From a virus (lineage: Duplodnaviria > Caudoviricetes), in IMG/VR virus record IMGVR_UViG_3300024346_000006: 64,000 bases of DNA; one strand, 5' to 3'. The translations under genes were made by a program, and so were the position numbers. Under the pieces are notes generated by a model. The model did not search any database and was not told the origin of the DNA. It saw only the letters and a list, made by a program, of their open reading frames with translations. The number at the start of each line of letters is the position of its first letter. The stretch's first letter is position 1. Below, piece after piece: positions 1-9,746 of the stretch.

Positions 1-1502
1 CGTATTGCATTGTTAAAATTATATGTGTATGATGCAATACCATTATATACTGGAGTCTTTTCATTAATCATCAAAATTTCTGTTATGTTGTTTGTAACAG
101 AATCATCGGTTTTATCAATAGTTGCTAGAAACTGCGAATATCTAAAATAATTATTAAATTCGTTTAAAAACTTGTTATTGTAAGAAATAATATTTTGTCT
201 TACAGATTCTTTTAAAGCAGACTCATCCAATAAAGTCGCTTCATCATTATACTTTACATTTGTAGTTATTTTCAATTTCAAATAATCGGGATCGACAATT
301 TGAGGCGAAAGAGTGAGAACCGAATAATTACTTTTTAACTGATTTAAAATATATTGTTTTTCTTTGGTCGAAAGAATTAGTCCAGTATTGGGTTTAATAG
401 ACATATATACAGAACCATATGCAGGAGGATCGTTGTCTTCCCCACCCCAAACATTCATTGTGTCTACCTCTGGATAAATTTGTGGAACAATAGCCTTATA
501 GTCTCTAGCGGTAACTGCTCTGTTTTGACTTTCAAATGTCCTTGGCGCAAAGAATTTAATAGACTCAATATCTTCTCTGTCAGCACCACCATAACTTTCA
601 CCAATAATCTGAACATTTTCAGTATCAACGATTACACCTTTAGGTAATGCAATCGCAGTAAGTCTTCCAGTAATACCATTTCCATTGGCACCCTTTGTTG
701 TAATATAACGAACAGTAATTATATTTCCATTTTCAACTTCATCTCCAAGGACACCATCTCCAAAAAATATTTCATATTTCATATCTTTAGATTCTTGAAG
801 AAAATATGTTTTCGAAATATCAGAAAGTTGTGTAGTATCCGTTGCTAATTGAAATTCAGTAACAATATCATCATCAGCACTTGCCTGTACTAGAACTCGA
901 ATAGTATTGGTGTCTACAGCTTCGTTTGATAAAGTAAATTTTTGATTTGGATTATTAATATCAACAACAAACTTTTCTTCTACCTGTTGTCCTTGAAATA
1001 ATTCTAAATCGTTTATAGTATAGTAATGAGCTCTTGACCCATCTGGTTCAGCTGCCGAGCGTGATCTTGTAATTGATCTAGAAACTTTCGGAACAAAAAC
1101 AAAAGATTCGTTGTCAATAGAAGTAGAAAATGCAAGTTGTCTATCGATTCTTAATGTATTATATTGATAATCTCTTTCTTGTCTATTCTTTCTAATAATC
1201 TTGAATGTTACTGCAACTAATGCACTTGCAGACTTATTAGAACGTGGAGTATAACCCAATAACTTTGCCTTGGATACAACATTCTCACGAATTCTTGCAG
1301 TGTCTAAAAAACTTTCATTTGCAATCATGTTCATATAATACGAATTGTAATAAGTATTATATGATAGTATGTCGAGTATACTAGACAATGCAGAGCCTTC
1401 AAAGTTATAATCTTTGAAAACTTTATCATTCTCCATGTATTTTTTGATATTGTTTTTTATTCCATCAAAACTTAAGTCTGATATGTTTATATTTTTGGCC
1501 AT
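1..1502 (-). CDS. gp6: baseplate wedge protein gp6 (partial, runs off window start; absent from ORF track)
   Basis: Manual translation from ATG 1502: MAKNINISDLSFDGIKNNIK...FEGSALSSILDILSYNTYYNSYYMNMIANESFLDTARIRENVVSKAKLLGYTPRS, the gp6 N-terminal motif; directly follows gp25. Confidence 0.93.
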   Translation of the reverse strand, partial: MAKNINISDLSFDGIKNNIKKYMENDKVFKDYNFEGSALSSILDILSYNTYYNSYYMNMIANESFLDTARIRENVVSKAKLLGYTPRSNKSASALVAVTFKIIRKNRQERDYQYNTLRIDRQLAFSTSIDNESFVFVPKVSRSITRSRSAAEPDGSRAHYYTINDLELFQGQQVEEKFVVDINNPNQKFTLSNEAVDTNTIRVLVQASADDDIVTEFQLATDTTQLSDISKTYFLQESKDMKYEIFFGDGVLGDEVENGNIITVRYITTKGANGNGITGRLTAIALPKGVIVDTENVQIIGESYGGADREDIESIKFFAPRTFESQNRAVTARDYKAIVPQIYPEVDTMNVWGGEDNDPPAYGSVYMSIKPNTGLILSTKEKQYILNQLKSNYSVLTLSPQIVDPDYLKLKITTNVKYNDEATLLDESALKESVRQNIISYNNKFLNEFNNYFRYSQFLATIDKTDDSVTNNITEILMINEKTPVYNGIASYTYNFNNAI

Positions 1503-2012
1503 TTATCGTACTCTTTTTATACTAAATTGAAATGTTATATCTTCTTCGGATGCAGGGACATTGTATACTATACTAATTTCTAACGAATTATTGTCTACTA
1601 ACTGTGCCTGTCTAGTTCTTTCGTCTTCTCTCTTTATTCCTTTCAACGATGACATAACTCTTTCTCTAGAGAAAAAATTAACATCGGAAACTACTATCCT
1701 TGGTTCATGAATTTTTAATGCAAGTTTTATCTCTTCCTGCATATTTATGTCATGTGGAGAACCCCTATAATCCCAATTTGTCATTAAATCAAATAAAGTG
1801 TTATAAATATTTCCACCAAACCTTGGTTTAAAAGGTTTTTCTAGTTTATTAGTCAATAAAATATTTTTAATACTTTGATTTATTGAGCTGATATCTTTTT
1901 TGATTAAAACATCTCCACTGACTGGATTTCGTCTAAACGTTAGATCAAAATCAACATATTGATCTCTTTTAGATGGTAGTATCCCAAGTCTTTCTTCTGC
2001 AGTATTTGCCAT
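1503..2012 (-). CDS. gp25: baseplate wedge subunit gp25
   Basis: DFDLTFRRNPVSGDV, SIKNILLT...EKPFKPRFG and HEPRI motifs; lies between gp5 and gp6. Confidence 0.9.
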   Translation of the reverse strand: MANTAEERLGILPSKRDQYVDFDLTFRRNPVSGDVLIKKDISSINQSIKNILLTNKLEKPFKPRFGGNIYNTLFDLMTNWDYRGSPHDINMQEEIKLALKIHEPRIVVSDVNFFSRERVMSSLKGIKREDERTRQAQLVDNNSLEISIVYNVPASEEDITFQFSIKRVR

Positions 2013-2021
2013 GACTTCCTC

Positions 2022-4322
2022 TTATGGGTTTAAATGAATGTTTGGTGCTTTTAGTGTGGTATTCCCACCAGATTCGGTATCAATTGTTCCGCCGACTTTT
2101 GCATCGACATTACCACCCACTCTAATGTTTACGTCTGCATCTACAACAACATTAATCGTTCCCTTGACGTAAATATTATTATTACCAAAGATAATTTCAT
2201 AATTATCCTTAACAACCTTTGTAACCACAGAACCATCTGGATGTATTTCTTCAAATGTTCCAGATCTATGATATGTATGTATTCTTTCTGCCCCCGGCGT
2301 GTCATCAAATTCTTGATGATGGCCAGACTCAGTAGATATTACCTTATTGTGTGGATACTCTGCAGCGTATGGAGTTGGTGGCTCATCAAATAGTTCCGTA
2401 CTTTCAGTACTTTCTTTTTTCATCTCTACAATAGAACGTGGATTATATGTAGCTTGTCCATATGAACTGTTGCCAGAGTTTGCATTAAATGTTGATGGAG
2501 ACTGATCCACATCTGCCACACTACCTTCTTCCACTGGATCATCAATCTCTGGTAATGGATCTTCGTATACTTCCCAAAGAATATCGCCGTCCTTTAAATT
2601 TGATGAAGTTGGTCCACTACCTTCCGCATCAGAAGTTCCAGAATTTTTCGCAATAAATGTTTTTTGTTGAACAAATGTACTGTCGCCAGAACCCGCCAGA
2701 AGACGTTTGGCGTTTCTTTCATGTCCTTCCATCTGATTGTTTACTTTGTCTCTTACAGTCCCTGCTGCACCGCCAGCTGCGGTATCTGAACGACTATAAT
2801 ACTTTTCTCCGATACCACCAGCATTAATTGCAGAATAAACTTCTAGTCTACCCATTCCAGGCCTGACGCCTTTATCTCGTAAATACTTGACTACCGCACC
2901 CCTTGGGCCAAGTTGAGTGTCTATTGCTGTTTGTGGAGTACTAAAGTCTACACCATATTGATTTGCCTGCGGTTCTCCAAATTGAATAAGTCCTCTATGT
3001 TGACCCCATTTAGTGGTAGGCCCTCTTTTCTGAGGATCGAGTGTACCACCAGTTTCATATGACATCACTGTTGCAAGATCAATCGCACTAATTCCAAGTG
3101 CCTCGGCAGCTGCCAAAGTTCCAGAACGCATTGTGTATGGAGGGCCACCAGACTCTTCTCCCTCTTCCAATGGTGGCGATTTTACCAAATCACCTTCGTT
3201 ATATGATCTTCCAGTAGACCATTGTGTTGCACTTGCAGATGGTGCCTGACTTTGTTGTTGTGCTGCAGTGTTTGCAGACCTACTAGAAGTCGCTCCAGAT
3301 TCACTAGTTGTTACAGTATCACACTCTTGTCCCTCTCCAGGCTTATCAGTACCACCACCAGAAGAACTTTCAGTTTGACTTCCAGATGATGGGTCAGGAA
3401 CAATACCATTTCGTTTTAAGGGAGTAGAACCCCTTTCTCCAGACGCAGCACTAAAGTGCATTGCATCCTTAACATTATTCCAGTCGCCACCCCAACCTAA
3501 ACCATATTTTTTAGCAATAGATGATACACCGTCCGGCATATCCGTTATCAATGTATTCCCATTAGGATTTGTTGATGGGTTGATATCAATTGCAGCACCA
3601 CTTGCATGATAACTAAATCTACTTGGATTATTTACATTTTTTCGATATGCGTATCCACCAATACTTTTGATAACATATCCTGTGGCCTCAAGTTCATTCA
3701 CAAACCTTTGAAATTGATCTTTAAATACTGTAGCAACCCAAGCACTTTTCCCAGATTTTGTAGTAATCTTACTAAGTCTTTTTCTATTTTCTTTATCACT
3801 CGGCACACCATCTTGGTCAACTTCTTTTCCACATTCGGTTGCATTTTCGGAAGAAGATGTATTTTCATCTCCACCATTTGCATTTGATGTACTATCCTTT
3901 ACGCCTCTTGCAAGTCTATTAACATCAGATTCATTTTTGGTAGAACCGCCGAATACTGACCCACTTTCTGAAGGATATGTTTGATCTGCGTTTGTTTCAG
4001 AACCCTCTGTTGGGCGTCCATAAATTGTTCCAAAAATTATAGGATCTTGACCATGCTCTCCATCTCTAAAAAATCCCATAACCCATGCGCCAGGCATTGC
4101 ACCTGTTGGCGATTGTCCGATACCACCAGTAGATGAACTCGTAATAGGCATGAGTGGAGTTGCCCATGGAAGTTTTTTTGTGGGAAGAAGTGCCTTGTCT
4201 GGAGTGTGCCACCCAATAATTCTAACCTTTACTCGGCCAAGAGCTTCTGGATCTTTTACGTCTTCGATGACACCTTGCCACCAAACCATTCCTTCTCTAC
4301 CCGAAAACATATTCATATCCAT
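2022..4322 (-). CDS. gp5: baseplate hub/tail spike gp5 with inserted M15 peptidase and lysozyme-like domains
   Basis: N-terminal WWQGVIEDVKDPEALGRVKVRIIGWH (gp5 OB fold); C-terminal YPHNKVISTESGHHQEFDDTPGAERIHTYHRSGTF plus beta-helix repeats. Confidence 0.92.
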   Translation of the reverse strand: MDMNMFSGREGMVWWQGVIEDVKDPEALGRVKVRIIGWHTPDKALLPTKKLPWATPLMPITSSSTGGIGQSPTGAMPGAWVMGFFRDGEHGQDPIIFGTIYGRPTEGSETNADQTYPSESGSVFGGSTKNESDVNRLARGVKDSTSNANGGDENTSSSENATECGKEVDQDGVPSDKENRKRLSKITTKSGKSAWVATVFKDQFQRFVNELEATGYVIKSIGGYAYRKNVNNPSRFSYHASGAAIDINPSTNPNGNTLITDMPDGVSSIAKKYGLGWGGDWNNVKDAMHFSAASGERGSTPLKRNGIVPDPSSGSQTESSSGGGTDKPGEGQECDTVTTSESGATSSRSANTAAQQQSQAPSASATQWSTGRSYNEGDLVKSPPLEEGEESGGPPYTMRSGTLAAAEALGISAIDLATVMSYETGGTLDPQKRGPTTKWGQHRGLIQFGEPQANQYGVDFSTPQTAIDTQLGPRGAVVKYLRDKGVRPGMGRLEVYSAINAGGIGEKYYSRSDTAAGGAAGTVRDKVNNQMEGHERNAKRLLAGSGDSTFVQQKTFIAKNSGTSDAEGSGPTSSNLKDGDILWEVYEDPLPEIDDPVEEGSVADVDQSPSTFNANSGNSSYGQATYNPRSIVEMKKESTESTELFDEPPTPYAAEYPHNKVISTESGHHQEFDDTPGAERIHTYHRSGTFEEIHPDGSVVTKVVKDNYEIIFGNNNIYVKGTINVVVDADVNIRVGGNVDAKVGGTIDTESGGNTTLKAPNIHLNP

Positions 4323-5602
4323 TATTGTATACTCCCACCAGATGGAGGCGTTGGCTGTTCCGCTGGTAACGGCAGTCCGATACTATCTCTAACCAACTCA
4401 ATGTCAGTTTGATACCTTCCACCCTCAATTCTATGTCTGATCGCAAACACTAAATATTTTCCACTATAATATTTGTTTGTTCCTGTGTTATCTCTTTGAT
4501 ATATTGGCATTTCAAGTTCTAAGACATCTCCAGCACAAACATCGGTATCTCCAAAAACAGTAATAGTTACTTTTATGTTTTTCATTAACTGATAATAGAA
4601 TACTTTTGGAAGAAAAAGTTTTTCCTGATTGAATGTGGGGTTTCCGCCCTGCAAGTCTCTCTCTGGAACAACATATAAATTTTTTGGTTTATATTGTATT
4701 CCTTGTCCAGTAGTATCTTGGAAAGTATTATTATCCAAGTACTTGTAGTCTCCATAATTTTCCCAATATGAATGTGTATAATTCTTAACCTGTCGGGTCA
4801 GTAAATCTACAGCATAAACTTCTGAATTATAAAACCCCTTTGTTATATTCCCAAGAACATCAAAGTTTGAATCAAAGTTAAAGCTAATTACTTTCTTGTT
4901 TTCAACATTTGTAGAGATATCTCCAATTTCTTCTGCGCCAGCACTTTTATATGCACCAACAATAAATTTATTTTTTGGTTCTGCCTGCGTTAACATTTCT
5001 AAGGGTTTCATAACATATTCTTTCGTTGTTTCAAAAAACATATAAGAAGAACTTTTATATGTTTCACTAAATGCCTTATTACACAAAAACGAAATGCTTT
5101 TCATTGGAGTATAGTTTGGAATTACTAATCCATTATCTCCACTATATTGATCGTTACTTGATTCTGTAGAAAGACTTTTCGAACTCCCAAGTCTTGAAAA
5201 AATAGTTTGTGCAATATCTGTAGAACTTCCTTCAAAATATTCTGATATCTTTTCTTCGAAATTTTTTGCAAAATCTTTTGAAATTAACTCTAAATTATAA
5301 GTCTGAGTTCCATCTTCGTCTGTCAACTCAGAGATTTTGTGAACACGGAAATCCAACTTAATGTTTTTCCATTCTGGAACTTCAAAATCCAAAGAAACAT
5401 CTTCTTGTCCCACAATCGGCAAAAAAGTTAGCATATCTTCAACATCACGAAAACCAACTGATGCAGTAATACTAGACGATAATATATCTTCGAAAATACG
5501 AATTGATGTAAAATATCTTTTAAGGTCTAATTCAAATCCGTTATGTGAACGGATAGTAAATTTACGAATATTATAATCGCCTAACTTAAATGTATCTGAC
5601 AT
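4322..5602 (-). CDS. baseplate hub protein (gp27-like)
   Basis: IFEDILSSSITAS...LPIVGQE N-terminus and GDVLEL...YSGKYLVFAIRHRI C-terminus typical of hub proteins; lies between gp53 and gp5. Confidence 0.65.
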   Translation of the reverse strand: MSDTFKLGDYNIRKFTIRSHNGFELDLKRYFTSIRIFEDILSSSITASVGFRDVEDMLTFLPIVGQEDVSLDFEVPEWKNIKLDFRVHKISELTDEDGTQTYNLELISKDFAKNFEEKISEYFEGSSTDIAQTIFSRLGSSKSLSTESSNDQYSGDNGLVIPNYTPMKSISFLCNKAFSETYKSSSYMFFETTKEYVMKPLEMLTQAEPKNKFIVGAYKSAGAEEIGDISTNVENKKVISFNFDSNFDVLGNITKGFYNSEVYAVDLLTRQVKNYTHSYWENYGDYKYLDNNTFQDTTGQGIQYKPKNLYVVPERDLQGGNPTFNQEKLFLPKVFYYQLMKNIKVTITVFGDTDVCAGDVLELEMPIYQRDNTGTNKYYSGKYLVFAIRHRIEGGRYQTDIELVRDSIGLPLPAEQPTPPSGGSIQ

Positions 5603-6270
5603 TAAATAACCTCTTCAAATCTCAAAATAAATTCATTTAATAAATTTGCTCTCAACAATTTAATTACTCTATTTTTTTCGTTCTTATCATGTTCATAATC
5701 ATATGCACTATAGATTGTATATTTTTTCTTATCCTGTGGAGTAAGGAGATTATATGTGTCTGAAGAGATTTTATGTCCCAATACATCATGATTATAATGA
5801 ATAGGAATATTTCTTGCAATAGATAGTCCATTTAAATTGCTTGCAGAATAATCATTCAGTACAACTTCCCATCTGTCGTTTCTTCTGACAAAAACTTTTT
5901 GTTCTAATGTGTCATAAATATAATCACCATTTTTAAATATTCTTGGATAAAAATTTGACCCTTCATATGCAGGGGCCCCATAAACAGTTTCAATATGAGT
6001 TTGTAGTGTTCTACTTGTCATTGGCCAATCATCATAAACATTTGCGATATCGTTCATCCACAAAATAACCCAACCATATGTATAACTTCCATAGTATAAA
6101 TGGGCAATTGTTTCTGGCGTGTCTTCATCTCTGACGGTATACTCATAATGTGAAAGAGGATTTTCTCTGTATTCTTCTATAATGTATGCATTTTGAAAAA
6201 TATTAGTTACCTTTTTTGGTTTTCCATCCAACATCAAATCATATTTCTTTTTTTCTAGATAATTAAACAT
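5602..6270 (-). CDS. gp53: baseplate wedge protein gp53 (LysM-like)
   Basis: YTVRDEDTPETIAHLYYGSYTYGWVILWMNDI...DWP; YDYEHDKNEKNRVIKLL. Confidence 0.88.
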   Translation of the reverse strand: MFNYLEKKKYDLMLDGKPKKVTNIFQNAYIIEEYRENPLSHYEYTVRDEDTPETIAHLYYGSYTYGWVILWMNDIANVYDDWPMTSRTLQTHIETVYGAPAYEGSNFYPRIFKNGDYIYDTLEQKVFVRRNDRWEVVLNDYSASNLNGLSIARNIPIHYNHDVLGHKISSDTYNLLTPQDKKKYTIYSAYDYEHDKNEKNRVIKLLRANLLNEFILRFEEVI

Positions 6271-7115
6271 TAGTAGCCCTCCGATGCATCTGAAGAAGTA
6301 ACCAACTGCACCTCTTGGAAAGTCAGAGCTAATTCAATAACTGCAGGAGCATCTGTTCCACTGAAAGTTGCAAACGCACCGTTACCCCCATACTTAACAG
6401 TACAGTCAGTCAATACACACGGTTTGATTTTGTGAAGAAATTCTGCAGGCCTACCACCCAAATAATATTCAACGGTAAATGTATTAGGAACTTGGAAAAA
6501 ATTAAATCCTGCCATTTCTGGAAGCATGTTCTTTCTTAAAAATTTTATCATATTATTAATTTCAGTAGATTCTTTTGCTGTCCTTGGAAGAATACTATAT
6601 TGATAATTGAATGATCTAAAATCAATTCCTCTGAATAACATATGTTTATTCGCACCAGAAACTCTACCACCAACAACTTGAGATTGCAAATTGCCATCAC
6701 CACCAAATGCAACGCCTCCCCCAAATTGAGCCGCTGATAATGAAAGTTCTCCCCCAAGGTTTAATACTTTACTTAAGAATCCATTATCTTCGCCTGCGAC
6801 TGCACCAGTGTTACCTAGCATACCCATTGCACCACTGTCTGCACCTTCAAATTGGGATTTTGTTGAATTTTCAATATTTTCTGGAAGATGAAGAGTAACA
6901 CTCCCTATTTTCTCAAGATCAACTGCAGTTCCTCTTGTCTGCATGGTTGTGTAGCCAGGCTGCTCGCCTTTATATGCAGTAAATCTAACAAAATCTTTCA
7001 TCTCCACAACTTCTTCATGTTCATGCAATGACATTGGATAGATATAAGTTTCTCCACCTGATGCAACTTGTTGTCTCTGTTGTGTCAAAGTGGATGGTGA
7101 GTCTGATGAGGCCAT
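6270..7115 (-). CDS. gp48: baseplate tail-tube cap gp48
   Basis: LFRGIDFRSFNYQYSILPRTAKES...IKFLRKNMLP; KIKPCVLTDCTVKY; LTFQE. Confidence 0.85.
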   Translation of the reverse strand: MASSDSPSTLTQQRQQVASGGETYIYPMSLHEHEEVVEMKDFVRFTAYKGEQPGYTTMQTRGTAVDLEKIGSVTLHLPENIENSTKSQFEGADSGAMGMLGNTGAVAGEDNGFLSKVLNLGGELSLSAAQFGGGVAFGGDGNLQSQVVGGRVSGANKHMLFRGIDFRSFNYQYSILPRTAKESTEINNMIKFLRKNMLPEMAGFNFFQVPNTFTVEYYLGGRPAEFLHKIKPCVLTDCTVKYGGNGAFATFSGTDAPAVIELALTFQEVQLVTSSDASEGY

Positions 7116-7144
7116 TAAATACTTGCTCCTAAATATGTTGATAC

Positions 7145-7152
7145 TATTTATA
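7145..7152 (-). promoter_or_regulatory. T4 late promoter TATAAATA for the gp48-gp6 operon
   Basis: Exact consensus 30 nt upstream of the gp48 start. Confidence 0.8.
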
Positions 7153-7166
7153 AAGGTTTTTATGAA

Positions 7167-7610
7167 GTGAGAAAAAGATTTACTTATAGAGGAAAATACA
7201 AACCAGCAAATCCAGAAAAATATGCAGGAAATGTGAATAACATTGTATATCGTTCCTCATGGGAAAGACGGTTTATGGTGTATTGCGACAACAACGAAGC
7301 AATCACTTTCTGGTCGAGCGAAGAATTAGTAATACCTTACATTTCACCAGTAGACAGAAGACAACACAAGTATTATCCAGATTTTGTAATAAAAATCCAA
7401 GAAGAAAATAAAACCCGAACTATTGTCATCGAAGTAAAACCAAAAAAAGAAACCAAACCACCAAGAAAACGATCCAAGATTACACCAAGATATTTGAGTG
7501 AAATGAAGACTTGGAGTATCAATGAAGCCAAGTGGAAATACGCAAAAGAATTCTGCGAAGATAGAAAGTGGGAATTTAAAATTTTAACAGAAGATCAACT
7601 CGCTCAATAA
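7167..7610 (+). CDS. gp4: head completion protein gp4 (TnsA-like nuclease fold)
   Basis: YRGKYKPANPEKYAGNVNNIVYRSSWE, YYPDF, IEVKPKKET, NEAKW. Confidence 0.9.
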   Translation: MRKRFTYRGKYKPANPEKYAGNVNNIVYRSSWERRFMVYCDNNEAITFWSSEELVIPYISPVDRRQHKYYPDFVIKIQEENKTRTIVIEVKPKKETKPPRKRSKITPRYLSEMKTWSINEAKWKYAKEFCEDRKWEFKILTEDQLAQ

Positions 7611-7615
7611 AACGA

Positions 7616-7623
7616 TATAAATA
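7616..7623 (+). promoter_or_regulatory. T4 late promoter TATAAATA
   Basis: Exact consensus 20 nt upstream of gp2. Confidence 0.8.
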
Positions 7624-7643
7624 GTAAAAAACGGCATAAATGA

Positions 7644-8219
7644 ATGACAGACTTTACACCACTATTAAATAGACTTGCTGCCAGAAATATTAGACCAAAT
7701 ACCGATAAAGCAAGGGAATGGTTTAGAAAAAAGGCAAGAGAAACAAGAATAACAAGAGCATCTTTAATGGGAGATGGGGGGAGATCTGCGGCAACCCCCA
7801 ATGTTGGAAGTATGTATTGTTACCAATATGACCCTAAGTATGCAAAAAAATTACCATACTATGATGAATTTCCACTTATCTTTATGGTGGAAAGAATTTC
7901 TGGGGGATTTGTTGGAATCAACTTGCACTATGTTTCGCCAAGAAATAGAATTGTTGTGATGAATGCTTTATCTAAAATTGCATCAGATAAAAGATATGAT
8001 TCGAATACAAGACTCAAACTATCTTATAATGTTCTAAAAGGTCTGTCTAAATATAATGTCATAAAACCTTGTCTCAAAAAATACTTGTTTACTCATGTTA
8101 GATCAAAGTTTGTAAAAATTGAGGCAAATGAATGGGACATCGCATTGTTTTTACCAGTACAAAAATTCAAAAAGGCCGCTGCTTCGAAAGTTTGGTCAGA
8201 TTCTGCTAGGAGATCATAA
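7644..8219 (+). CDS. gp2: DNA end protector protein gp2
   Basis: YQYDPKYAKKLPYYDEFPLI, GINLHY, PCLKKYL..HVRS. Confidence 0.9.
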   Translation: MTDFTPLLNRLAARNIRPNTDKAREWFRKKARETRITRASLMGDGGRSAATPNVGSMYCYQYDPKYAKKLPYYDEFPLIFMVERISGGFVGINLHYVSPRNRIVVMNALSKIASDKRYDSNTRLKLSYNVLKGLSKYNVIKPCLKKYLFTHVRSKFVKIEANEWDIALFLPVQKFKKAAASKVWSDSARRS

Positions 8220-8810
8220 ATGGCATCAATAGAAGATTTTATTGCAAACATTTCAAAATCTGGCCTTACTCAGGCAAATCGTTATGAACTTAGAATTAAA
8301 CCACCGCCGAAGTCGTTTCTAACAAATCCAGACAATTTATTAAAATTTCGTGTTCCATCAATTTCTTTGCCAGGGAAAACCATTTCAACAACGGAAACAA
8401 AAATTTATGGCCCTATAAGAATGGCACCATACACAACTACATACGATCAATTGACATTTAGTATATATTTGAGCGATAACTTAAAAGAAAGAGATTGGTT
8501 TGAAGATTGGTTTCACCAAGTTATAGATTTTACTACACATAAAATTTCATATTATAACGACTATGTGGCACCACAGGCAGAACTCATTACATATAATAAA
8601 AACGATGAGAAAACACACTCTGTAACATTTGAGAATCTATATCCATTATCTATAGGCCCAGTTGAATATGCATATGCAAACGAAGAACCGGCGCAATGTC
8701 AGATTACGATGTTCTACAGAAAATATCGCTCTGAATATAGTAAAGAGGAGGCGAATAAACGTGTACAGCTTACTGTAACCGGCCCAGAGATTACTGCAAC
8801 CGGCCCATAA
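8220..8810 (+). CDS. gp54: tail tube initiator gp54 (gp19-like fold)
   Basis: GLTQANRYEL, SLPGKTIST...YGPIRMAPY, LYPLSIGPVEY; lies before gp26. Confidence 0.7.
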   Translation: MASIEDFIANISKSGLTQANRYELRIKPPPKSFLTNPDNLLKFRVPSISLPGKTISTTETKIYGPIRMAPYTTTYDQLTFSIYLSDNLKERDWFEDWFHQVIDFTTHKISYYNDYVAPQAELITYNKNDEKTHSVTFENLYPLSIGPVEYAYANEEPAQCQITMFYRKYRSEYSKEEANKRVQLTVTGPEITATGP

Positions 8811-8840
8811 TAATTAAATTATACTTGAAGAGGATAAAAT

Positions 8841-9563
8841 ATGTTACCTACAATTAATGCACCAACATATGATTTGACTATACCATCAACAAATGAAAGT
8901 GTAAAGTTTCGTCCATTTTTAGTCAAAGAAGAAAAGATTCTTCTAATGGCACAAGAGGGAGAAGAACTACAAGAAAAAATTGATGCGATAAAACAAATTA
9001 TTGGAAACTGTTTAGTATCAGATGTAGATGTTGATAAACTTTCTACATTTGATATTGAACACATTTTCATCAAACTTAGAAGTAAGTCTATTGGAAACGT
9101 AATTGGTTTGAGTTACAATCGGGAAGATTGTAAAGAAGAAGGAGTAGGGCAGGGGGGCTGTCAAATTCCTTTCACATTAGACTTAGAAAAGGCGGAGATT
9201 GAAAATCAAGAAGGACACACCAATGAATTGAATCTAACATCAGATATTAAAATCATTATGAAATATCCAGATTTTAATATCTTAAATTCTGTATTAACTG
9301 CAGATAGTGTAGATGATGTAATTGATGTTGTAACTACTTGTATTGACATGATCGTTGATGGAAATGACGTATATAATGCATCTGATTATTCAGAAAGTGA
9401 ATTAAAAACTTTTGTTGAGAATTTGACACAACAACAGTTTGAATCTATTAATAACTTTTTCAACACAATGCCGGAAACTGCATGTGATGTGAATATTACT
9501 TGTAGAAAATGTGGATGGAAAAAATCGATGAAAGTAAAAGGAATTACTGATTTTTTTTCCTAA
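8841..9563 (+). CDS. gp26: baseplate hub assembly/tail chaperone gp26
   Basis: LPTINAPTYDLTIPS...FRPFLVKEEKILL, FDIEHIFIKLRSKSIG, MKYPD, C-terminal GITDFF. Confidence 0.9.
   Translation: MLPTINAPTYDLTIPSTNESVKFRPFLVKEEKILLMAQEGEELQEKIDAIKQIIGNCLVSDVDVDKLSTFDIEHIFIKLRSKSIGNVIGLSYNREDCKEEGVGQGGCQIPFTLDLEKAEIENQEGHTNELNLTSDIKIIMKYPDFNILNSVLTADSVDDVIDVVTTCIDMIVDGNDVYNASDYSESELKTFVENLTQQQFESINNFFNTMPETACDVNITCRKCGWKKSMKVKGITDFFS
9551..9557 (+). promoter_or_regulatory. putative -1 ribosomal frameshift heptamer U UUU UUU at the end of gp26
   Basis: U8 run 9551-9558; the -1 frame is open from 9551 straight into gp51. Confidence 0.6.
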
Positions 9564-9589
9564 GTTTAAATCATGAGTCCCTTGCATCG

Positions 9590-9745
9590 ATGTATCGAAA
9601 TAATTTTGCATTGATGCAGCACCATAAATATAGTTTAAGTGAATTAGAAGATATGATACCGTGGGAAAGAGAGATATATTTAAATCTTTTGATAAACTAT
9701 ATTAAAGAAGAAGAAAAGCGTAGAAAAGACGCAATGAGGAGTTAA
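9590..9745 (+). CDS. gp51: baseplate hub assembly catalyst gp51 (absent from ORF track)
   Basis: Manual translation MYRNNFALMQHHKYSLSELEDMIPWEREIYLNLLINYIKEEEKRRKDAMRS. Confidence 0.88.
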   Translation: MYRNNFALMQHHKYSLSELEDMIPWEREIYLNLLINYIKEEEKRRKDAMRS

Positions 9746-9746
9746 T

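Noticed and set aside
3606-4412. Short ORFs overlapping gp5
   Set aside because: Nested in a well-supported gene, no RBS or recognisable motifs
7167-7610. TnsA-like nuclease read as a transposase/mobile element
   Set aside because: Motifs and position next to gp2 identify it as T4 gp4; no terminal repeats or other transposon genes
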